Under the pieces are notes generated by a model, which searched no databases, had not been told where the DNA came from, and saw only the letters and a list, made by a program, of their open reading frames with translations. From positions 1 to 49,072 of the forward strand of contig CAMTWF010000096.1 in assembly GCA_947085355.1 (NCBI GenBank): 49,072 bases of DNA, read 5' to 3'. Positions 1-9,441 of this stretch are shown here, one piece after another (positions within the stretch are counted from its first letter, which is position 1; each line of letters begins with the position of its first letter). A program made the translations under genes and the position numbers. Origin of the DNA: an uncultured delta proteobacterium (GTDB lineage: Bacteria; Myxococcota_A; Polyangia; DRWM01; JAAZOP01).

Positions 1-34
1 AGGCGTTCATCGTCGCACGGCGCGACGATATTGG

Positions 35-98
35 TCACCGCAGAGCACGCAGAGAACACAGAGACCATTCTCTGCGCCCTCTGCGGTCTCTGCGGTGA
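35..98. repeat. Imperfect inverted repeat built from 9-bp (..CGCAGAG) subunits; REP-like/terminator-like
   Basis: TCACCGCAGAG-CACGCAGAG-AACACAGAG is mirrored by CTCTGCGCC-CTCTGCGGT-CTCTGCGGTGA; lies downstream of the minus-strand sulfite reductase gene. Confidence 0.75.
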
Positions 99-118
99 TT
101 CATCGTTTGGTTGCGGCG

Positions 119-158
119 CCTGCCTGCCCTGCCTGCCGGCAGGCAGGCGGCAGGCAGG
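119..158. repeat. 20-bp palindrome CCTGCCTGCCGGCAGGCAGG nested inside a second copy of itself
   Basis: 119-127 CCTGCCTGC + complete copy at 128-147 + 148-158 CGGCAGGCAGG. Confidence 0.85.
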
Positions 159-182
159 CCGCCGCGCTATGTGCCGAGTGTC

Positions 183-2543
183 CTACCCCTTTTTCCGCAC
201 CAGCAGCTTCCAGAACCGGCCGTCGGGGGCGAGGGAAAGCACGGAGTGGCCGTCCTTGGCGACGCTGTCCGGGACGTTGCGGCACCCCTCCGCGTTGAGG
301 ACGACGCCCAGCACCTGGCCGGGGCGCATCGAACCCAGGAGGAGCTTCGTCTTGACGTAGTTCAGCGGACACGCGACGGCCGACAGGTCGGCCTCGCGAT
401 CCGGCTCCGGCCCCGCGGGCGATGGAGGCGCCTCCGGAGCATCCACGGCAGGTACGGCCGGAGCCGGCGCCGCCGCCGGGGCGAACCGCAGCGAGTCGTC
501 CATGCCGTCGTAGAGCGCCCGCACGGCCCCGACCAGCGCCGCCACGTCGTCCGCGGATGCACCGAACGGCACGGAGCCGCCGTCCGATCGGATGCACCGC
601 CGCGCGGCATCGAGGAGCCCGCGGAAGCGGCCGTCAACGAAACCCGCATCGACGAAGTGCCCGGCGAACAGGTCGATCGCGTCGACCTCGTCGCGAGCCT
701 CCAGGCCCTGCGTGACGAGGAGCGCCCGCGCGGCGAGGACGGTCGCCTGCACGAGGCCGCCGTCCCGCACGGCGTCGCTCGCCGCGGCGAGGTCGACGTC
801 GATCATGTCGAACACGCCCGCGCCGCACTCGCCCGGGCCGCGCCCGGCCAGCGAGAACGGCGCGTCGGCGCCCCAGTCGAAGTACCAGGACGGGTCGTCC
901 TCGATCGGCGGCACGTCGCGCAGGCGCTCGGCGATGCGCGCCGCGATCCCGCGCCCTCCGGCCTCCAGGAACGCGCCGAACTCCGGGTGCTGCGCCGAGC
1001 CGCGGAAAGCCCGCAGGAACTCGACGAGGAACGCGGGCACGGCACGGGCCGGGATCGTGTCGCAAGCGACGGCGAAGGCCGTCGCCCCGTCGCCGAGCCG
1101 CCCGCCGAGGTGGATTGCGTAGTGCGGCGCCGGGCGGCCGTGGACGCGGCGGGCCGTGCCGGACAGGCCGACGTCGGCGACCGGGTGCCGGCCGCAGGCG
1201 TTCGGGCAGCCGCTGATGAAGATGTCGAGGCCGTCCCCGGGGGGCATGTCGAGGCCGTCGCGCGCCGCCCGGTCGACGATCGCCTTCGCCAGGCCGCGGG
1301 AGAGGCAGATCCCCAGCCGGCAGGTGGACGCGCCGGCGCACGCGACGATGTTCCCCGGCGGCGCGGCCCGCGGCCCGGCAAGCCCGCAATCGACCAGCGC
1401 GCGGTGAAGCCCCGGCAGCTCGTCGTCGCGGACCCACCGGAGCACGAGGTCCTGCCGCTGCGATCCGCGGACGCCACCCTCGCCGTGCGCTTCGACCACG
1501 TCCGCGAGTCTCTCCGCGGTGTCGGCCGGAATGTCGCCCAGCGCGAGCGGGATGCGGACCATGTGACGCCCGGCCTGCTTCTGCGGAACGACGCAGCGGT
1601 CGCGCCAGTCCGCGAACCCATCGGCGGGGGGCGCGACGGCGCGGGCGGCGCTCCCCGCCGCCGGCTCGGGCATCTCCAGGATCCGCGGGACGGGCGGCGA
1701 CTCGCGCCGGAGCCGGCCGAGTTCCTCTTCGTACAGGGTCCGGAAGCGGTCGATGCCGAGCCCCTCGACGAGAAAGCGGAGCCTGGCGCGATGCTAGTTG
1801 CGGCGGTTGCCGTTGCGGTCGAAGACGCGCTTGATCGCCTCGACCGCGAGATGCGCGCGGTCGGCGCGGACGAACGGATCGAGGATGTCGCCGATGCGGC
1901 CGTGGGCGCCCATCCCTCCGCCGGCGTACACGGCGAAGCCGCGCTCGCCGCCGCGCTCGGTCGCGACCAGCCCCGCGTCGTTGACCGCGGCGCCGACGCA
2001 GTCGCGGGTGCAGCCGGACACCGCAACCTTGAACTTGCGGGGGAGCCGCAGGCTCGCCGGATCGGCGACGAGGAACTCGGTCAGCGCCACGGCCCAGGGC
2101 GTGACGTCGAACGCCTCGCGGGCGCAGACGCCGGCGTCGACGCAGGCGGTGATGTTGCGCACCGTGTTGCCGCCGCCGCCCCTCGTGGACAACCCCGCCC
2201 GCGCCAGATCCTCCAGCGCGGGGTGGACGTCGTCGAGCCGGACTCGGTGGATCTGCACCTCCTGGCGCGTCGTCACGTGCAGGACGCCGTTCCCGCGGTT
2301 CCGCGACGCCGCCGCCAGCGCCCGCAGGTTCCCCGGCCGGATCACGCCCGCGGGGAACCGGACGCGAATCATGTACGTGCCGTCCTCGCGCTGCTCGTAG
2401 ATCCCCATCGGTACGCGGAAGACGCGGAACTCGGCGGCGGAGACCTCGCCGCGGCGGAACCGATCGACCTCCGCCCGGAACCGGGCGGCGTCCTCGGACG
2501 GCGGCGTCGGCGGCACGTAGCAGGCGGCGACCGGTTCCGTCAC
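183..2543 (-). pseudogene. sir: Nitrite/sulfite reductase (siroheme-4Fe4S) fused to a C-terminal TusA/SirA sulfur-carrier domain, interrupted by one in-frame TAG at 1794-1796
   Basis: ORFs 1794..2543 and 183..1673 are in the same frame and read continuously ...GNRRN*HRARLRFL.... Motifs: HVTTRQEVQIH; C-x5-C/C-x3-C twice (ACVDAGVC..SGCTRDC and ACAGASTC..SGCPNAC); C-terminal DLSAVACPLNYVKTKL (TusA-type CP motif). Confidence 0.85.
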
Positions 2544-2568
2544 GGCGTGTTCCCCGATTCCATGCGGG

Positions 2569-3570
2569 TCAGATCTTCGGGAGCCCCTCGTCGCCCAGCA
2601 CGTCGAGGAAGAACGTCGCGTACTTGAACCCGCCGTCCGGCGAGATCGCCACCGCCACGCCTTTCTCCTCGCCCGCGATGGCCGTCGCCGCGTGGACGAT
2701 CGCCCCGGTCGTAGGGCCGACGATCAGGCCTTCCTCGCGGAACAGGCGCTTCGTCATCGCGTATGCCGGCTCGTCGGCCACGCGAACGACGCGGTCGATG
2801 ACGCTCCGATCGAGGATCCCCGGCGGCTTCGACTCCTCCAGGTTCTTCATGCCCGGCAGTCTGTGCCCCTTGTTCGGTTCGACGGCGACCACGCGGATGC
2901 GCGGGTTCTTCTCCTTGAGGAACTTCCCGACTCCGGTGATCGTGCCGCACGTCCCGTACCCGGCGACGAAGACATCGATCCTGCCCTCGGTCTGGCGCCA
3001 TATCTCGGGCCCGGTCGTCTCGTAGTGCGCCCGCACGTTGTCCGGGTTCTCATACTGGTTCGGCATCGCGTATCGCTCGGCGCCGCCCTCGCTGTTGATG
3101 AACGAATGCGCCAGCGCAATCGCCCCGTCCTTCGGATGGTCCACCGGGCAAAGATCGTCCGGCGTGGCCCAGACCTCGGCGCCGAGCATCCGCAGGAGCG
3201 TCTTCTTCTCCTCGGGGACGCCGTCGGGGATCGTCACCGCGATGCGAAGGCCCATCTTGGCGGCGAGCGCCGCGAGGGCGATGCCGGTGTTGCCGGACGT
3301 CGGCTCGATGAGCGTCCTGTCGCCGATCTCGCCGCGGGCCTCCATGCCGCGCAGCAGGAAGAGTGCCGTGCGATCCTTGATCGAGCCGAACGGGTTGTAC
3401 CACTCGAGCTTGAGGTACAGATCGAGCGGCCCGGCCACCGCCCGACCCAGCCGGATCAGCGGCGTGGGGTTTTCGGGATTGGCGATAAGCTGCCGCACGT
3501 CATCGTAGCGCCGCAGCGACAGGTCGGGCGCCAACGGCCCGGCTTCCACGGGGGGTCTCTCGTCCGCCAC
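2569..3570 (-). CDS. cysK: PLP-dependent cysteine synthase family protein (CysK/CysM-like)
   Basis: KLEWYNPFGSIKDR (PLP lysine), EPTSGNTGIALA, NQYENPDN, GYGTCGT. Start moved to GTG 3570 after GGAGG. Confidence 0.88.
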   Translation of the reverse strand: MADERPPVEAGPLAPDLSLRRYDDVRQLIANPENPTPLIRLGRAVAGPLDLYLKLEWYNPFGSIKDRTALFLLRGMEARGEIGDRTLIEPTSGNTGIALAALAAKMGLRIAVTIPDGVPEEKKTLLRMLGAEVWATPDDLCPVDHPKDGAIALAHSFINSEGGAERYAMPNQYENPDNVRAHYETTGPEIWRQTEGRIDVFVAGYGTCGTITGVGKFLKEKNPRIRVVAVEPNKGHRLPGMKNLEESKPPGILDRSVIDRVVRVADEPAYAMTKRLFREEGLIVGPTTGAIVHAATAIAGEEKGVAVAISPDGGFKYATFFLDVLGDEGLPKI

Positions 3571-3600
3571 ATCGGCCTCCAGTTCCGCCCCCCGGTGCAC

Positions 3601-3629
3601 CACGTAGAACACGTGCCGCCGTTTGTCAA
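3601..3629 (-). promoter_or_regulatory. Putative sigma70 promoter for cysK-sir
   Basis: Minus strand TTGACA-N17-TACGTG, about 30 bp upstream of the GTG start. Confidence 0.5.
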
Positions 3630-3682
3630 AGACGATTCCGACGGGCTTGCGCGCATCGGGCGGCGTTGCTAGAGGGCTTCCC

Positions 3683-4399
3683 GTGGCGAGCGGGCGATCC
3701 GTCATCGATCCGGAGGAGTTCGCCGCGGCGACGGCGATCGATCGCGTTCGGCTGGTGGACGAGGCGTACGGCCCGGAGGCCCTCCTCATGACCAGCGTGC
3801 AGAAGCCGTCCTGCGTGCTGATGCACATGATCCACCGGCTGGGCTCGCGGATCGCGATCGCATTCGTCGACACGCAGTTCCACTTCCCGGAGACGCTCGC
3901 GCTTCGCGACGAATACGCCGCGCGCTACGGGCTCGCCATCGCGACATGGGTTCCGGACCTGACGCCCGCCGAGCAGCGGGCGAGGTTCGGGATCGACCTG
4001 TGGGCGTGCGTCGAGGGGCAGCCCCACTGCTGCCGCATGCGCAAGGAGGAGCCGGCCCTGCGGGCCGGCGCCGGGAAGCGGGCGACGATCAACGGGCTCA
4101 TGCGGGCCGAGGGCGGCAGGCGAGCGTCCATCGGACCCATCGGATTCGACCCGCGCACCGGCGCCGCCACGTACCATCCTCTACTGGACTGGACCTTCGA
4201 GGATCTTGACGCCTACATCCGGGAGCACGATCTGCCGGTGCACCCGCTCTACGAGAAGGGCTACCTCAGCATCGGCTGCGCGCCCTGCACGACCCCGGTC
4301 CTGCCGGGCGAGGATCGCCGCGCGGGCCGTTGGCGGCACCTGCGCGCGTGCAAGCCGCAGTACTGCAACATCAACTACAGCGACGGCGGCGGCATTTGA
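3683..4399 (+). CDS. cysH: Adenosine-5'-phosphosulfate (APS)/PAPS reductase, 4Fe-4S type
   Basis: FVDTQFHFPET, PHCCRMRKEEP (CC), HPLYEKGYLSIGCAPCT (CxxC), RAGRW. Start set at GTG 3683. Confidence 0.88.
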   Translation: MASGRSVIDPEEFAAATAIDRVRLVDEAYGPEALLMTSVQKPSCVLMHMIHRLGSRIAIAFVDTQFHFPETLALRDEYAARYGLAIATWVPDLTPAEQRARFGIDLWACVEGQPHCCRMRKEEPALRAGAGKRATINGLMRAEGGRRASIGPIGFDPRTGAATYHPLLDWTFEDLDAYIREHDLPVHPLYEKGYLSIGCAPCTTPVLPGEDRRAGRWRHLRACKPQYCNINYSDGGGI

Positions 4400-4438
4400 G
4401 GGCGGCCGGCGGCCGGCCGAGCCGCCGCCGGGCCCAGG

Positions 4439-4467
4439 TTGATCGGCCCGTACAGTCGCGCTAGGAT
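4439..4467 (+). promoter_or_regulatory. Putative sigma70 promoter for the kinase-PEGA operon
   Basis: TTGATC-N17-TAGGAT upstream of GTG 4541. Confidence 0.45.
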
Positions 4468-4540
4468 GCCCTCGGGTATGGTGAAGCCGCGCCGCGGAAG
4501 CTGGCGCGGCCGGCGGAGGCGGGCGAAAGAGGGCGGGAAC

Positions 4541-6133
4541 GTGAAGGAGCCGAGCAACCTGCGGGGGTACCGCCTCGAACGACCGCTGGGCACGGGCGGA
4601 ATGGGCTCGGTCTGGATCGGCGAGAAGATCGCGACCCACCAGAAGTTCGCCATCAAGTTCCTCAAGGAGGAGTACCTCGAGGACCAGACGTACGTGACCC
4701 GGTTCGAGCGGGAGGTGGCGGCGTTGCGGGCGATTCGCCATCCGCACGTCGTCAACATCTTCGACTGGTCGGTCCCGCGCGGCGATCCCGAGGCCAAGCC
4801 GTACGTGGTGATGGAACTCCTCGAGGGCGAGGGGCTCGACCGGCTGCTGCGGCGCATGCGCGTCCTGCCGCCGGCGCTCGCGGTCAACATCATGCTCCAG
4901 ATGCTCGACGGCCTCGCCGCGGCGCACGCCGTCGGCGTCATCCACCGCGACCTCGGGCCGTCCAACGTCCACCTGGTGCCGCAGCCGGGCGGCAAGCTCC
5001 TCGCGAAGGTCCTCGATTTCGGCCTCGCCAAGCCGATGGTGTCGCCGGATGAGAGCCAGGCCAACACGACCCAGAAGGGGACGTTGATGGGCAAGCCGGC
5101 CTACATCGCCCCCGAAATGTTCCTGCACAGGCCGCTCGACGCCCGCTCCGACATCTACGCCTGCGGCATGATCCTGTTCCGGATGCTCGCCGGCCGCCTC
5201 CCCTACAAGGAGAGCCAGGCGCAGATGCTCTGGATGGAGCGGTACGGGGAGCGTCAGAATCCGGTCGAGCGGCCGTCGGTTCGTTCCTTCGCGCCTTCGA
5301 TTCCCGAGAAGCTGTCCAACTGCGTCGCGCGGATGATCCGGTTGCGGCCCGAGGAGCGGTACCAGTCCGCGGAGGACGTGCAGATCGACCTCCTGGAGAT
5401 CGAGGACAGCGTCCTCGACCGGTCGAACTCCTCGGTGATGCCGCCTCCCGCGAGGCCGGAGGAAGGGACGCCGACGGTGGGGGCGGCCCCTCCGTACGAT
5501 CTCCCCGTCGATCTTGCGCCGAGCCGGCGAAGGCTCGGGTTGGCGGCTGCTGCCGGCGGCGGCCTGCTGGCGCTGGCGGCCGTGCTCTGGGCGACGGGGC
5601 TGTTCGGCGGCGGAGAAGACGCGGAGGACGGGAACCGGCCGGCCGGCCGCGCCGGCGGCGACGTGGCGGTCGACGTCGGGGCCGGCGCCCAGCGGCCGTT
5701 GGAGGGCGACGTCGCGGGCGCCGCGGAGCCGGCGGCGAAGGTCGAGCCCGGCCCCGGCGAGCCGGCGACGCATCCGTCACCGACGGCCCGGATCGAGATC
5801 GCCGCGCCGCGCACGGTGCTGGTCGTCGTCGTCGGCGCGCCGGAGGGCGCCGGAGTGTCGATAGGCGAAACCCGGCTCGGCGGCAGTCCGCCGCAGGCGC
5901 GGATCGCGTGGTCGGACCGGGTCGCCGAGGTGGTCGTGGAGGCCGACGGGTTCGAGCCGTTCCGCAAGCCGTTCCTTCCGACCGAGGACAGGGTGATCGA
6001 GGTGGAGATGCGGCCGGTTCGACGGGTCGGCAGGCCGCCGGGCCCGGGCACGCCCGGCCGTCCGCCGCGAGATCCCCGGCCCGGACCACCGACCAAGGGG
6101 TTGCCGGCCTTCGTGGAGGATCTGCCGTTTTGA
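4541..6133 (+). CDS. Membrane-anchored Hanks-type Ser/Thr protein kinase with C-terminal PEGA-like domain
   Basis: LGTGGMGSVW, AIKFL, HRDLGPSN, DFG, APE, DIYACG; hydrophobic segment LGLAAAAGGGLLALAAVLWA. Start GTG 4541 after GAGGG. Confidence 0.9.
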   Translation: MKEPSNLRGYRLERPLGTGGMGSVWIGEKIATHQKFAIKFLKEEYLEDQTYVTRFEREVAALRAIRHPHVVNIFDWSVPRGDPEAKPYVVMELLEGEGLDRLLRRMRVLPPALAVNIMLQMLDGLAAAHAVGVIHRDLGPSNVHLVPQPGGKLLAKVLDFGLAKPMVSPDESQANTTQKGTLMGKPAYIAPEMFLHRPLDARSDIYACGMILFRMLAGRLPYKESQAQMLWMERYGERQNPVERPSVRSFAPSIPEKLSNCVARMIRLRPEERYQSAEDVQIDLLEIEDSVLDRSNSSVMPPPARPEEGTPTVGAAPPYDLPVDLAPSRRRLGLAAAAGGGLLALAAVLWATGLFGGGEDAEDGNRPAGRAGGDVAVDVGAGAQRPLEGDVAGAAEPAAKVEPGPGEPATHPSPTARIEIAAPRTVLVVVVGAPEGAGVSIGETRLGGSPPQARIAWSDRVAEVVVEADGFEPFRKPFLPTEDRVIEVEMRPVRRVGRPPGPGTPGRPPRDPRPGPPTKGLPAFVEDLPF

Positions 6134-7335
6134 TGGTTCATCGAAATGATCCAAGCCGAGCTTGCTCCGTCCTGCCGCGCCGGATATCGGTCGCGGTCGT
6201 GATGCTGGCGGCCGTTGCCGTCGCGCCGTTGCGCCCCGGTCCCGCCGCGGGCCAGACCGCAGGGGCGGAGGTCGACGAGCGGACCCGGCAGATGGCCCGC
6301 GACCACTACCGCCGCGGCCGCCAGCTCTTCCAGCGCGACCGGCCCGCCGAGGCGCTCGCGGAGCTGGAGGCGTCCTACGCTCTGATGCCCCACTGGGCGA
6401 CATCGAACGGTTTGGCCTTGTGCGAGGAGAAGTTGGGGCGTTCCGATGCCGCGCTCCGGCTCTACGAACGCGCCGTACGCGAGGGAGGGGCCGAGATTCC
6501 CGCCGACCAGTTCGCGCAGATCCAGGACCGCATCGGCGCCTTGCGGCGCGAGTTGGGCGTCGCACGGTTGACCGTCATCAGCAGCCCGCCGGGCGCCGCG
6601 CTCGCCGTCAGCGGCATCGATGTCGGCCGGACCCCGTTCGACGGCGACGTGCTGGCGGGCTCGCACTCGATCGTGGTCCGGATGGAAGGTTACGAGCAGG
6701 TCGAGCGTTCCGTCGCGCTGGGAGCCGCGGAGGCCCGCACGGTGGAGATCGCGCTCGTGCCGGTCAGGACGGCGGCCCATGCGCCGCGCCCCGGCAGGCT
6801 CGACGTGACCTCGCGGCCGGCCGGCGCCGCCGTCTCCGTCGACGGCCGGCAGGTGGGGACGACCCCTCTGCGCGGGATCGATCTGGAGCCCGGCGAGCGT
6901 GCGATCCGCGTGGAGGCCGGGCCGGAAAGAACATGGGAGGACAGGGTCGCCGTGTCCGCCGGCTCGACCGTCCGCCTCGACGTGGCTCTTCCCGGCGAGG
7001 GGCTTCCGCAGGGCTGGTTCTGGGCCGTGGCGGGCACGGCCGCCGCCACGGCGGTCGGATCGCTGGCGGCCGGCGCCTACGCCTGGGGGCTCCAGAGCGA
7101 GTACGACGGCGCCGACCCCGCCAGGCAGGACGAGATCCGTCCCTCCGGCGAGGCGGCGATGATCGCCGGCGACGCTCTCCTGGGCGTGGCGGGGGCGGCG
7201 GCGATAGGGGCGCTCGTCCTCTTCTTCTTCACCGATTTCGGGGAATCCGAGCCGGCGGTCGACATCACCGTGGTGCCGACGCCGGAAGACGTGGCGCATG
7301 GGATTGCAGGCCTGCTGCCGACATCATCTCTGTAG
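6133..7335 (+). CDS. TPR + PEGA domain protein
   Basis: ATG overlaps the kinase TGA (TGATG). Signal-like N-terminus, ARDHYRRGRQLF TPR-like helices, two PEGA repeats (ISSPPGA..VGRTP; VTSRPAGA..VGTTP), hydrophobic C-terminal hairpin. Confidence 0.85.
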   Translation: MVHRNDPSRACSVLPRRISVAVVMLAAVAVAPLRPGPAAGQTAGAEVDERTRQMARDHYRRGRQLFQRDRPAEALAELEASYALMPHWATSNGLALCEEKLGRSDAALRLYERAVREGGAEIPADQFAQIQDRIGALRRELGVARLTVISSPPGAALAVSGIDVGRTPFDGDVLAGSHSIVVRMEGYEQVERSVALGAAEARTVEIALVPVRTAAHAPRPGRLDVTSRPAGAAVSVDGRQVGTTPLRGIDLEPGERAIRVEAGPERTWEDRVAVSAGSTVRLDVALPGEGLPQGWFWAVAGTAAATAVGSLAAGAYAWGLQSEYDGADPARQDEIRPSGEAAMIAGDALLGVAGAAAIGALVLFFFTDFGESEPAVDITVVPTPEDVAHGIAGLLPTSSL

Positions 7336-9370
7336 GACCGCCGCCGCCGGCGCCGTGCTGGCCCTTGCCGGCTGCCACGCGATCTTCGACTTCGACCCGC
7401 GCGACGGCGACGCGACCCACGACGCCGAGCACGCCGACGGGGAAGTCGATTCGCAACCGGACGACGGCGCGGGCGACGATCGTGCGGACGTGGACGACGC
7501 CATCGAGATCGACGCCGACGGCGAGGACGACGGCGGCGATATCGACGGCGAGGACGGCAACGGCGACATCGACGGCGAGGACGACGGCGAGACCGTGGAG
7601 GCGGAGGCGGGGCGTTGCGGCGACGGCACGGTCGATCCCGGCGAGGAGTGCGACAACGGGACGCTCAACAGCGACACCGAGCCAAACGCCTGCAGGATGA
7701 ACTGCCGCCGGGCGCACTGCGGCGACGGAGTCGTGGACGGCCGGGAGGAATGCGACAACGGCGGACTCAACAGCGACACCGCGCCCGACGCATGCAGGAC
7801 CGACTGCACGCCCGCCCGCTGCGGCGACGGAGTCACCGACTCGGGCGAGGCGTGCGACGATCGGAACTCCGACGACACCGACGCGTGCGTCGCCGGGTGC
7901 GCAGCCGCCCGCTGCGGCGACGGCTTCCGCTGGACGGGGCGCGAACAGTGCGACAACGGCACGCTCAACGGCGACACCGCCCCCGACGCATGCAGGACCG
8001 ATTGCCGGACCGCCCGCTGCGGCGACGGAGTCACCGACTCGGGCGAGGGATGCGACGACGGCAACCGCATCGACACCGACGAGTGCAGGAACGACTGCAC
8101 GCCCGCCGCGTGCGGAGACGGCGTGCCCGGCCCGGGCGAGGAGTGCGACGACGGCAACCGCCTCAACACCGATGCGTGCCTGAACACCTGCCGGCTGGCC
8201 ACGTGCGGCGACGGGTTCATCCGGACGGGAATCGAGACGTGCGACGGGGATCCGCCGCAATCGTGCGTGACGACGTGCATCACTTCGGGCACGCGCGCCT
8301 GCGTCGGTTGCAACTGGGCGCCCGAATGCGCGCCGCCGATCGAGTCGTGCAACGGCCGGGACGACGACTGCGACACCGCGTGCGACAACGGCTACGAGTG
8401 CTGCGCCGGCTCGCCGGCGAGCGCCTGCACGACGAACTGCGGGACGCCGGGGGTGCGATCGTGCTCCATCGGCTGCACCTTCGGCTTGTGCTGCGCGCCC
8501 GCCGAGGTGTGCGGCAACGGCTGCGACGACAACTGCAACGGAACCCCCGACGAGGGCTGTTCGGCCTGCGACACCTGCCCGGGCGCGACGGACATCGCGG
8601 CCGGAGGTCGCTTCACCGGGACGCTCGTCGCAGGCCCCGGGACCACCTCCGGCTCGTGCGGCGGCAACGGCGCCGAGGCCGCGCTTGCGTTCACCACCGG
8701 CGGGGTGCAGGATGTCTTCCTCTCGACGCACTTCTCGGCCTTCGACACCGTGCTCTACGTCCGCCGGTGCGGCTGCGACGGGGCCGAGGTCGCGTGCAAC
8801 GACGACGCGGACGGCCGGAACGGCTCCGTGCTGTTCCTGCGGGACCTCCCGGCCGGTACGTACAACGTATTCGTCGATGCCAAGACGGCCGCGGCCGGGG
8901 GCGCGTACCAGATCGACGCCTACCTCACGGCTCCGGGACCGACAGGCGACCGCTGCGGCGACCCGATCCTCATCGCGGCGGCCGGCGCGACTGGAAACAA
9001 CTGCGACATGGCGCACGACTACACCCCCGGTTGCGAGTGGGCCGACAGCGGCATGGCCTCCGAGGTCGTCTACTACTTCCTCGTCCCGGTCGCCGCGACG
9101 GCGACGTTCGAGACGTGCCTGTCGACATGGAACTGCCCGGCTCCCCCATGCGTCGACACGACTCTCTTCATCCGCAGTGTCTGCTCGAATGCGGGCGCCC
9201 AGGTCGTCTGCAACGACGACGCCTGCGGCTACAACCCGCCGGGCGCCAACCCGCCGATGTACTCGAGGATCACGACCGCGCTCACGCCCGGCATCTACTA
9301 CCTCTTCATGGACGCCTACCCCGGGACGTGGGCCTGCGGCGACTACAGGATAACGGTGACGGGCCTCTGA
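7298..9370 (+). CDS. Cys-rich repeat lipoprotein (Myxococcus Cys-rich/DUF4215-like CGDG..ECDDGN repeats) with two C-terminal PPC-like beta domains
   Basis: Lipobox LAGC, acidic linker, about 7 CGDG-x6-ECD(D/N)G repeats, FDTVLYVR..ACNDD domains, ends CGDYRITVTGL. Confidence 0.82.
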   Translation: MGLQACCRHHLCRTAAAGAVLALAGCHAIFDFDPRDGDATHDAEHADGEVDSQPDDGAGDDRADVDDAIEIDADGEDDGGDIDGEDGNGDIDGEDDGETVEAEAGRCGDGTVDPGEECDNGTLNSDTEPNACRMNCRRAHCGDGVVDGREECDNGGLNSDTAPDACRTDCTPARCGDGVTDSGEACDDRNSDDTDACVAGCAAARCGDGFRWTGREQCDNGTLNGDTAPDACRTDCRTARCGDGVTDSGEGCDDGNRIDTDECRNDCTPAACGDGVPGPGEECDDGNRLNTDACLNTCRLATCGDGFIRTGIETCDGDPPQSCVTTCITSGTRACVGCNWAPECAPPIESCNGRDDDCDTACDNGYECCAGSPASACTTNCGTPGVRSCSIGCTFGLCCAPAEVCGNGCDDNCNGTPDEGCSACDTCPGATDIAAGGRFTGTLVAGPGTTSGSCGGNGAEAALAFTTGGVQDVFLSTHFSAFDTVLYVRRCGCDGAEVACNDDADGRNGSVLFLRDLPAGTYNVFVDAKTAAAGGAYQIDAYLTAPGPTGDRCGDPILIAAAGATGNNCDMAHDYTPGCEWADSGMASEVVYYFLVPVAATATFETCLSTWNCPAPPCVDTTLFIRSVCSNAGAQVVCNDDACGYNPPGANPPMYSRITTALTPGIYYLFMDAYPGTWACGDYRITVTGL

Positions 9371-9441
9371 CGCGGGGCCGGAGGGGCCCTGTTCCCGTCG
9401 ACCGTCACGTGCTAGATTCGCGTCAGGAACGGGTGAGGTCG

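Noticed and set aside
1-10. Start of a minus-strand gene (ATG at 10) leaving the window
   Set aside because: Only three codons are visible, so it cannot be supported.
1794-1796. Genome-wide TAG reassignment
   Set aside because: TAG is the evident terminator of many conserved genes here (panC, lysC, yggS, rpsT, fusA, folD).
111-2627. Long antisense or alternative-frame ORFs (e.g. 111..2627, 7265..10348, 30933..34322, 39974..42841)
   Set aside because: Arg/Gly/Pro-rich stop-poor shadows typical of very high GC DNA, overlapping well-supported genes.
7615-9441. 1240-aa ORF 7615..11337 as a single protein or frameshift fusion
   Set aside because: The 5' part is an Arg-rich shadow frame over the 7298-9370 gene; the real gene starts at 9442 with its own RBS and lipobox.
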